A DNA stretch of 64,000 bases from contig NIVC01002668.1 in assembly GCA_002269645.1 (NCBI GenBank), forward strand, positions 86,681 through 150,680. Reading direction: 5' to 3'. The position numbers and the translations under genes were made by a program. Under the pieces are notes generated by a model. It was not told where the DNA came from, made no database searches, and saw nothing but the letters and a program-made list of their open reading frames with translations. The first letter of the stretch is position 1. Each line of letters starts with the position of its first letter. The stretch is from Macrostomum lignano (taxonomy: Eukaryota). Positions 13,661 to 23,803 of the stretch are shown piece by piece.

Positions 13661-15124
13661 GCGGCCTGCAGCAAAGTGATACATATAAAATATATATGAA
13701 ACATAAAATTTTTTCAAATATCGGTCAATGTATGCGTATTGCTCTACTCACTGTTAAGTAGATTGGGACACTTTTGCACTAATTACCGTATTTTTTCATT
13801 TTTATGTGTCTGTTCGCTTCTCTGTATCTGTTAGCTTAACCAAGTTAGTAATGTTTAGTTGCGGTACATGAATATAATATCACTGTTTTCTCTGGGGCTC
13901 GCGGTTTCTGGTGTTCTTCTTCTGTGCATGTAATCATTAATCTAACAGTTTAGTGAAATTTGTAAATATACCGAGTCTTTTGTATATGAAAGAATACAAA
14001 TAACTAATTTGGATGTTGGATGCGCTACTTAACTACTTATTAGTAGCTTTCTAGCGTATTTAATTTAATAACCCCACTAATATCGACCAATTATCCTCCT
14101 TTACCTAATGCTTCTGCTGTAAATTAAACTATTTGAGTCTAAATTAGAGAAATGCTGGTTAACTGGTTGGGTTGTGTTGGTGGCGCACATTAATTAAGTT
14201 TGCTTGGTTATTTCTATTTTTATCTTTGTGTATTTATTGTTAGGATGCTCTGGACTAGAATCCCACAGTTCTGAAATTAAGGTTTCCAGTCCAGGTTGGA
14301 TGAGGATCCATGGCTTCCTCATTGGCTAGCCTCCCTTGTTGGAACCTGTAGTGCCTTTAGTTTCAAAAAGGAATTCAATTCAACTCTTGATTATCGATTT
14401 TCAATTTTCGATATTTATTGAAAACAATTTTTCGATACATATCGGCAATTGACCCAGTTCCTATTTCACAAGCGTTGGCAACTACGGTGGAGCAGTTTAA
14501 CTACGTGTCTCTTCCACATCCCTGTCTAACTGTCTCGTTCTTTTATATTCCTATCTGTTCTTGTAATTTTATTCAGAAATCTGTGTTTCCCTATTGTTTG
14601 CTTACATTTCAATAGCTGTTTGTGTTTTTTGAGTTGAATAAAATACATGATCTGAGAGAAATATGCGACTACTTATGCTATAAATACATCTACATATGCA
14701 GAACGGTTACACTGCGGCTTTTTTTGATTGTTGGATTTATTTTCTATTCTGTTAAGTTAATAATTCAAGCTGAAGTTGCTATTTTTAGCTTTTTTTTGGT
14801 TTAGTGCAATGTCATTTCATATCAGTTTGGGTTTTTTTCAGTGTTCGCTTTGGCTTTTAAAAATTTGCGATCAAGATATGTCTCAGTAATGAGTTTTATT
14901 TTTTCACTGTTATGTTAGGCAAGGCAGGTCACTGAGTGCAAGTGCGGTGCGTATGTAAGGGTGTAGGTTGACTGCGTTTTCATTTCATGGGAGCTTTTAA
15001 AGTCATTCATTATCTGCTAGGGGATGCAGTACCATTTTTGGGGAATCTATAGTTATCTCGCTTCTCGATATTCTTCGGGCAACTCTACCTAACGATCCGA
15101 CACCATTCTTGTAGAGTAATTCCT

Positions 15125-15790
15125 GCCATTCTTCCCGGGGATTTCACGCTAGTCTCCATGAGGATTCACTGCTACTCTTGTTGGGAAATTTCCGTCTCTC
15201 CCAGGGGATTTTCTGCCACTCTCCCAGGGGATTACCCGCCACTCTTCTAGGGGATTTCCCGCCACTCTTCTAGGGGATTTCCCGCCACTCTCGCAGGGGA
15301 TTTCCCGCCACTCTCGCAGGGGATTTCCCGCCACTCTTCTAGGGGATTTCCCGCCACTCTCGCAGGGGATTTCCATCCACTCCTCTATGGGATTTCCCGC
15401 CACTCTTCGAGGGGATTTCCAACCACTCTTCCATGGGATTTCCAACCACTTCCAGGGGGATTTCCCGCCACTCTCCCAGGGGATTAACCGCCACTCTCCC
15501 AGCGGATTTCCCGCCACTCTTCCAGGGATTTCCCGACACTCAGGGGATTTCCCGACACTTTCAGGGGATTTCCCGCCACACTTCCATGGGAATTCCCGCC
15601 ACTCTTCCAGGGGATTTCCAACTAATCCAGCGGATTTCCCGCCACTCTTCCAGGGGATTTCCCGCCACTCTTCCAGGGGATTTCCAACTAATCCAGGGGA
15701 TTTCCCGCCAATATTCCAGGGGATTTCCTGCCACTACTTCAGGGGATTTCCCGACACTTCCAAAAGATTCCCTGCTACTTTTCCCGAGGT
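15125..15790. repeat. ~23-bp degenerate minisatellite (GGGGATTTCCCGCCACTCTTCCA) upstream of the tubulin gene
   Basis: Tandem degenerate copies. Confidence 0.9.
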
Positions 15791-15908
15791 TCACCCCAGC
15801 AATCTCTGAGATTTTCTATCACTGGATTTTGTTTATTTCGAAATTCTTACAGTTTTACGGTAATGCTTTGTTCCTATTTCAGCAGTGAAAGGGCCATTGA
15901 CTCGTGTC

Positions 15909-18900
15909 ATGTCGACAGTGCTGGTGTGCATCGGCCAGTGCGGCAACCAGCTGGGCGCGGAGTACCTGTCGCATCAGCTCGCAGTTGAGCCCAGCGTTGT
16001 GTCCGACGCTCTGGGCAACGTCAGGGCAGTGTTTGTAGACTCTGAGCGGAAAGTGGTGCAGTCCATGTGCCGCAAGTATCCCGCCTTGCGAGGCAGAGTG
16101 CCAGATGCTAACTGCGTCACTGCCAGGTAGGTGACAACTAATCGTGGGATTCCCTTTGTTGAATTATGGGGATACCCCTTTTCACTCATCTATGGAGATT
16201 CCCCTTTTCACTGATCTATGGGGATTCCCCTTTTCACTGATCTATTGGGATTCCCCTTTTCACTGAAATGGGGATTCCCCTTTTCACTGATCTATAGGGA
16301 TTACCTTTTTCACTGATCTATGGGGATTCCCCTTTTCACTGATCTATGGGGATTCCCCTTTTCACTGAATTAAAGGGATTCCCCTTTTCACTAATCTATG
16401 GTGATTCCCATTTTCACTGATCTATGGGGATCTATGGGGATCTATGGGGATTTCCCTTTCACTGATCTAGGAGTATTCCTCTTTCTACTGGTAAATGAGG
16501 ATTCCCCTTTCTACTGATCAATGGAGATTCTCCTTTTCACTGATCTATGGGGATTCCCGTTTTCACTGATCTATTGGGATTCCCCTTTTCACTGATCTAT
16601 GTGATTCCCCTATTCACTGATCTATGGGGATTCCCCTTTTCACTAATCTATGGGGATTCCCCTTTTCACTGATATATTGGGATTCCCCTTTTCACTGATC
16701 TATGTGGATTCCCCTATTCACTGATCTATGGGGATTCCCGTTTTCACTGACCTATCTGGATTCCCTTTTTCACTGATCTATGGGGATTCCCCTTTTCACT
16801 GATCTATGGTGATTCCCCTTTTAACTGATCTATGGGGATTCCCGTTTTCACTGATCTATGGGGATTCCCCTTTTAACTGATCTATGGGGATTCCCGTTTT
16901 CACTGATCTATCTGGATTCCCTTTTTCACTGATCTATGGGGATTCCCCTTGTCACTGATCTATGGGGATTCCCCTTTTAACTGATCTATGGGGATTCCCG
17001 TTTTCACTGATCTATGGGGATTCCCCTTTTAACTGATCTATGGGGATTCCCCTTTTCACTGATTTATTGGGATTCCCCTTTTCACTAATCTGTGGGGCTC
17101 CCCTTAAGAATGAAACTTTAATGCCGAACCCCGACCGTCCCGCAGGCAGGGCCGCGGCAACAACTGGGCTTATGGCTACTCGGCTTCCGGCGACGAGGCG
17201 CTTTGCGCCGAACGCCTGGTTGACGACTGCATTCGCCGGGTTGGCGAGCAGTGCGACTATTTCTCTGGGGTGCTGCTGGCGCACTCGCTGGCCGGCGGCA
17301 CCGGCTCGGGCCTGGGCACCCGGCTGGCGGAGTGTGTCCGGGACAGCCTCGGACTGCAGCTGCTGGCGCACTGCTGCGTGCTGGCTGACAGGGACACCCC
17401 GCTGCAGAATTATAACAGCCTGCTGGCTCTGAGCCGCTTGGCTGGCCTGGCTGACTGCATGCTGCTTTATAGGAACTCTTCTGAGGCTTCTCCTGCTCAG
17501 GTGCGGCCCGCCTGTTGGGGCTGTGGGGGTCTTTGTGCTCAAGATTCTTAAGCATGGGTTTCTGAGTTTCTTTTCCCTGAAGTCATGAGTTCCTGAGTTT
17601 CTTTTCCTGAAGTCATGAGTTCCTGAGTTTCTTTTCTCTGAAGTAATGAGTTCCTGAGTTTCTTTTCCCTGAAGTCATGAGTTCCTGAGTTTCTTTTCCC
17701 TAAAGTCATGAGTTCCTGAGTTTCTTTTCCCTGAAGTCATGAGTTCCTGAGTTTCTTTTCCCTGAAGTCATGAGTTCCTGAGTTTCTTTTCCCTGAAGTC
17801 ATGAGTTCCTGAGTTTCTTTTCCCTGAAGTCATGAGTTCCCGAGTTTCTTTTCCCTGAAAGTGAATCTATGAGTTCCATCCATCACTGCATCCCCATTCC
17901 CCAGGTAAACTCCATCACTACATCCCCATTCCCCAGGTAAACTCCATCACTGCATCCCCATTCCCCAGGTAAACTCCATCACTGCATCCCCATTCCCCAG
18001 GTAAACTCCATCACTGCATCCCCATTCCCCAGGTAAACTCCATCACTGCATCCCCATTCCCCAGGTAAACTCCATCACTGCATCCCCATTCCCCAGGTAA
18101 ACTCCATCACTACATCCCCATTCCCCAGGTAAACTCCATCACTGCATCCCCAGGTAAACTCCATCACTGCATCCCCATTCCCAGGTAAACTCCATCACTA
18201 CATCCCCATTCCCCAGGTAAACTCCATCACTGCATCCCCAGGTAAACTCCATCACTGCATCCCCATTCCCCAGGTAAACTCCATCACTACATCCCCATTC
18301 CCCAGGTAAACTCCATCACTGCATCCCCAGGTAAAATCCATCACTGCATCCCCATTCCCCAGGTAAACTCCATCACTACATCCCCATTCCCCAGGTAAAC
18401 TCCATCACTGCATCCCCATTCCCCAGGTAAACTCCATCACTGCATCCCCATTCCCCAGGTAAACTCCATCACTGCATCCCTATTCCCCAGGTAAACTCCA
18501 TCACTACATCCCCATTCCCCAGGTAAACTCCATCACTGCATCCCCAGGTAAAATCCATCACTGCATCCCCATTCCCCAGGTAAACTCCATCACTGCATCT
18601 CCATTCCCCAGGTAAACTCCATCACTGCATCCCCATTCCCCAGGTAAACTCCATCACTGCATCCCCATTCCCCAGGTAAACTCCATCACTGCATCTCCAT
18701 TCCTTAGGTAAACTCCATCACTGCATCCCCATTCCCCAGGTAAACTCCATCACTGCATCCCCATTCCCCAGGTAAACTCCATCACTGCATCCCCATTCCC
18801 CAGGTAAACTCCATCACTGCATCCCCATTCCCCAGGTAAACTCCATCACTGCATCCCCATTCCCCAGGTAAACTCCATCACTGCATCCCCATTCCCCAGG

Positions 18901-20436
18901 TAAACTCCATCACTACATCCCCATTCCCCAGGTAAACTCCATCACTGCATCCCCAGGTAAACTCCATCACTGCATCCCCATTCCCCAGGTAAACTCCATC
19001 ACTACATCCCCATTCCCCAGGTAAACTCCATCACTGCATCCCCAGGTAAACTCCATCACTGCATCCCCATTCCCCAGGTAAACTCCATCACTACATCCCC
19101 ATTCCCCAGGTAAACTCCATCACTGCATCCCCAGGTAAAATCCATCACTACATCCCCATTCCCCAGGTAAACTCCATCACTACATCCCCATTCCCCAGGT
19201 AAACTCCATCACTGCATCCCCATTCCCCAGGTAAACTCCATCACTGCATCCCCATTCCCCAGGTAAACTCCATCACTGCATCCCCATTCCCCAGGTAAAC
19301 TCCATCACTACATCCCCATTCCCCAGGTAAACTCCATCACTGCATCCCCAGGTAAAATCCATCACTGCATCCCCATTCCCCAGGTAAACTCCATCACTGC
19401 ATCTCCATTCCCCAGGTAAACTCCATCACTGCATCCCCATTCCCCAGGTAAACTCCATCACTGCATCCCCATTCCCCAGGTAAACTCCATCACTGCATCT
19501 CCATTCCTTAGGTAAACTCCATCACTGCATCCCCATTCCCCAGGTAAACTCCATCACTGCATCCCCATTCCCCAGGTAAACTCCATCACTACATCCCCAT
19601 TCCCCAGGTAAACTCCATCACTGCATCCCCATTCCCCAGGTAAACTCCATCACTACATCCCCATTCCCCAGGTAAACTCCATCACTGCATCCCCATTCCC
19701 CAGGTAAACTCCATCACTGCATCCCCATTCCCCAGGTAAACTCCATCACTGCATCTCCATTCCCCAGGTAAACTCCATCACTGTATCTCCATTCCCCAGG
19801 TAAACTCCATCACTGCATCCCCAGGTAAACTCCATCGCTGCATCCCCAGGTAAACTCCATCACTGCATCTCCATTCCCCAGGTAAACGAGTCTGTCGCCA
19901 GCCACCTCAGCCGCCTGCTGTTCCCCTGTCGCAGCCTCTACAAGTCTTGTAGGCTGGGCGGCAATGAGCTGGCTGAACTCACCCGGTCCTGCTGCCCCCT
20001 GCCGGGTCTCAGCCTGCTCAGGACCGCCTCAGCCAACGACCTGCCCTGCCTGCTCCGCTGCCGGCCCCGCCCCGCCTCCACCGTGGCCGCCGTGGCGGTT
20101 CTCCGCTCGCCAAGCGGCTCAAAGATTCGAGCTCCGAAGTCCGCTGATTGCGACGCTTTGAAAGCCTACCTGCGACCCGTGGCTTACAATGCCTTCCCGG
20201 TGGATTACTGGATGGATTCCGGCTGGGGCGGCGGCGGTTCCAGCCTCACGTTGGCCTACAATTCCGTCTCCGTGGTGGACTGGCTGGTTCCCATAGCAAC
20301 TAAAAGTGCCGCCCAGCTGAGCGCGGGTGCCTACTTGCACCACTATGAGCGCTACTTGCCGGATGCCAGGGAGGCGCTGCGCCTGGTCTCCGTGCAGTTC
20401 GAGGATCTCATTGCTGGCTACCGGTCTATGCGCTGA
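15909..20436 (+). CDS. Divergent delta/zeta-class tubulin, best match zeta-tubulin; join(15909..16126,17146..17500,19882..20436), 375 aa
   Basis: IGQCGNQLG, AVFVDSERKV, GRGNNWAYGY, HSLAGGTGSGLG, PLQNYNSLL, RSCCPLPGL, YNAFPVDYW, GAYLHHYERY. DSExKV, GRGNN, SxCPxP and NxFPVxxW match recalled Xenopus zeta better than delta (DMEPKV, GSGNN). Intron phases are consistent, total 1128 nt. Confidence 0.85.
16145..17105. repeat. 26-bp minisatellite CTATGGGGATTCCCCTTTTCACTGAT filling tubulin intron 1
   Basis: Roughly 36 tandem copies. Confidence 0.93.
17560..17858. repeat. 31-bp minisatellite TGAGTTTCTTTTCCCTGAAGTCATGAGTTCC in tubulin intron 2
   Basis: About 9-10 tandem copies. Confidence 0.92.
17878..19887 (+). 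repeat. 32-bp minisatellite GTAAACTCCATCACTGCATCCCCATTCCCCAG (~60 copies, some 25-bp variants) overlapping the exon-3 acceptor
   Basis: Each unit starts GT and ends CAG. The last CAG (19881) is the real acceptor, and the exon begins GTAAACGAG. Confidence 0.95.
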
Positions 20437-20459
20437 CTGTGTGCAGCAAATCTGGCTAG

Positions 20460-21205
20460 TTCTAGGATTGGGAGATTTGGGGAGATTTAGGATTGGGAGA
20501 TTTGGGGAGGTTTAGGATTGGGAGATTTGGGGAGGTTTAGGATTGGGATATTTAGGGAGGTTTAGGATTGAGAGATTTGTGGAGGTTCAAGATTGGTATA
20601 TTTAGTGAGATTTAGGATTGGGAGATTTAAGATTGTGATATTTGGGGACATTTGGGATTTGAATATTTAGGGAGGTTTAGGATTGGGATATTTGGGGAGA
20701 TTTAGGATTGATATATTTGGGGAGATTTAGGATTGGGAGATTTAAGATTGTTATATTTGGGGAGATTTAGGATTGGGATATTTAGGGAGATTTAGGATTG
20801 GGATATTTAGGGAGATTTAGGATTGGGATATTTTGGGGAGACCTAGGATTGGGAGATTCAAGATTGGGATATTTGGGGAGATTTAGGATTTGAATATTTA
20901 GGGAGGTTTAGGGTTGGGATATTTGGGGAGATTTAGGATTGGGATATTTTGGGGAGACCTAGGATTGGGAGATTCAAGATTGGGATATTTGGGGAGATTT
21001 AGGATTTGAATATTTAGGGAGGTTTAGGATTGGGATATTTGGGGAGATTTAGGATTGGGATATTTGGGGGGATTTAGGATTAGTATATTTAGGGAGATTT
21101 AGGATTGGGATATTTTGGGGAAACCTTAGGATTGGGAGATTCAAGATTGGGATATTTGTGGAGAGTTAGGATTGAGAGATTTGGAATCGGGAGATTTGGC
21201 ATTTT
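20460..21205. repeat. Degenerate TTAGG/TTAGGG-containing ~25-bp repeat in the tubulin 3' region
   Basis: TTTAGGATTGGGAGATTTGGGGAGA-type units lie between the stop codon and the AATAAA. Confidence 0.85.
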
Positions 21206-21222
21206 GAGATCCTTTTATGTTC

Positions 21223-21228
21223 AATAAA
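21223..21228 (+). terminator. Candidate polyadenylation signal of the tubulin gene
   Basis: First AATAAA after the stop codon and repeat, followed by a GT/T-rich stretch. Confidence 0.45.
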
Positions 21229-21733
21229 TGCTGTATACATGGTATATAAATGTACAAAAATATCCTGTAAGAAGCGGCTGTGCATTTATGCTTTTACTTG
21301 AGCTGTTCCGTCCATGTTATGCTAACTTTATTTGCAAGAAAAATTATGCCAAAATAATGTTTTCTAAAGCAGTTTGTTTATGCCTTTCGATGACTTTCAT
21401 TTAAGTTACTTTAAGTAGTACTAATGGGATTATAAATGTTGTCATCCAGCTGATTTACCCTGCCTTCTGATTCGTTCCACTCTTCAGCCAATAGCATTTG
21501 CCCAATAGCGAATAGCCAGTCAGCTTATAAAACACTCGTCTGGGTCTGGGTAACTGACTGCAGCAGTGCGAACTTTGCGTGTCTCTCACTGTGTGCCTAC
21601 TTGTTCATTTGCAGCCTCCTTCATCCCCGGTGGCAGCTGGCACTGTTACTGAGAAGAGCCTCGCGGTGAGAGTCTGAGCGGCAGTTCACCAGCTACTACT
21701 AGTCAATCAGTAGTAATTATCATTATCAACAGT

Positions 21734-23542
21734 ATGTGCAAAGCCAGGGATTGGCAGCAGGTGAGAACTGCGGCCTGTCTGTTCTGCTTTCTACTCTGCG
21801 TGCTGCTCAATGTGCACCTGCAGTCGGCTGCCGCTGCCGACTCGGCTGTCTACCGGACTAACCAGTCTCGAAGGCACCTGAATCTCATCATGCTGGAGTA
21901 CGGAGGCTCGAACAAGTCTGTGAATCTGCACGGTCTGGAGCGGCTCATGGTTCAGATTGGGCTGCTGAAAAACCAGACTGCTCAGCCGGTTGAGCACAAG
22001 GAGGAGCATGAGCATGAGCACGAAAATGAGCATGAGCACGAGATGGAGGCTAAACAGAGCGCAAATGAGACCGGCACTGTTAAAGAGGTCAGTATGATGC
22101 TATATTTTCAGATTTCACCGCCCTGAGGGCCTTGAGTACAGTATTGGCGCGATTGTATTCATGCTCAAGAGTCAGCGCATGGCTAATGGTGATGTCGAGT
22201 AACTGAGTAGTAGCGTGTGTATGGACAGACTCTCTTGCATGCTCCCTCATCAGTATAGGGGCAAGCGTAAAAACGTACACCCCAAACAGTACACAAATTG
22301 TTCTCAATTTCAGTTCTTAAGTCCTTCTAACCATTAGCTCTGTAGGCCTTGCTGATTTCACTTGGCTCCGCCTCCGCCTTCCTAACAGACACGTGTCTGT
22401 TCTTATCTGTTAGACTTTGTGGTAGGCGGGCTGGTCACGTGAGCAGCTCGTGCTCGTGTGCTCCGCCACAGCTGTTAATGCTAGCAGCAGGTTTATGCGC
22501 TATTCAACTTCATTGAACAATCTCTTCTCAAGTTCGAAAGAAATTTGTCATGTGACCGGCGGCTTGCTAGCATGCAAAAAAGTGCTCACAAAGAAGTACC
22601 AGTGCGTTAATTTAACGCCTTAATATTGGTGTTACCTTTTTCCGAGTGCTTTCTAGTTAACAAACAGCAGAAGCAGAAACCGGCTTGGGTGCAGTGTTGT
22701 AGATAAGTACAGGCCCCCCCCCTGTGCTTTCTTTCTTAGAAATAGTTAGCTTTATGACACAAAAATCAGGTGCTGCTCAAAGTCCACCTGTCAATCAGTC
22801 TGGTCTGTCTGCATACATTCCAGTTCATAAATAGTGTATCCTGTCCTGAAATCCTATTGAAAATTGCACAAGGTCCAAGCTGGAGTAGTTTTAGACCCTT
22901 GTAGCCATAGTTCCTTTCCTGCATCAGCTAATTCAAATCAACCGCTCAGGCCGTGTCTTTGTATTCTGCATATTTAATTAGCAATACAGTGCTCAAGCAG
23001 GAACTTGCCCTTTGGGAGCCTGCCGCCTCGGCACTGTGGTTTTTCCTCTTGAGCTCTTGAGCTGCTCAAATGCTATTTATAGCTTATAGATTGCTGGTCA
23101 GGAGAGAAAGTACGGAGAGCAGCCGAGTGGCTCCTTTCATTTTTAATTTGTCGTCGGCTAAAGCCTGCTCGCGTGCTGGCACCTAATCTTAGTTATTTCT
23201 CTGCTGCTTCCTTCCTGCGAGATCTTCCGAGAGGCGTCTTGCCACTTCAGCTTGTTTTTTGGCTGTGCCAATTTTGCTGCTTTTTTTCTTCTTGGAACGC
23301 ACAGGCACAGGACCTGTCAGCGAGCACTGGTCTGCCTGGCATCATCGATTGCTGGCCACCCACGCGTTTGCAGAGTTTGCTCAGGCCGTGTACTCAGGCC
23401 TCAGGGGTGATGGGCTTTAGGGACAGGCGTTCAGACCGTTTGTGTGGCTTGTCCCTGTCTTTTGGAAGGAATATGACAATAAAGTGGGTGTGATACAGAT
23501 GGATAAATCGATATATGGATAGACAGACAGATAGATAGATAA

Positions 23543-23615
<73 letters not shown>

Positions 23616-23768
23616 CAGATTGATAGATATACAGATAGATAGATAGATAGACAGATAGATAGATAGAAAGATAGATAGACATATAGATAGATAGACAGAC
23701 AGATAGATAGATAGATAGATAGATAGATGGATGGATGGATGGATAGATAGATAGATAGATAGATAGAC

Positions 23769-23803
<35 letters not shown>

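Noticed and set aside
22430-22560. GGTCACGTGA...TCATGTGACC as a MITE or CLEAR element
   Set aside because: Short imperfect inverted match with no TSD, consistent with chance.
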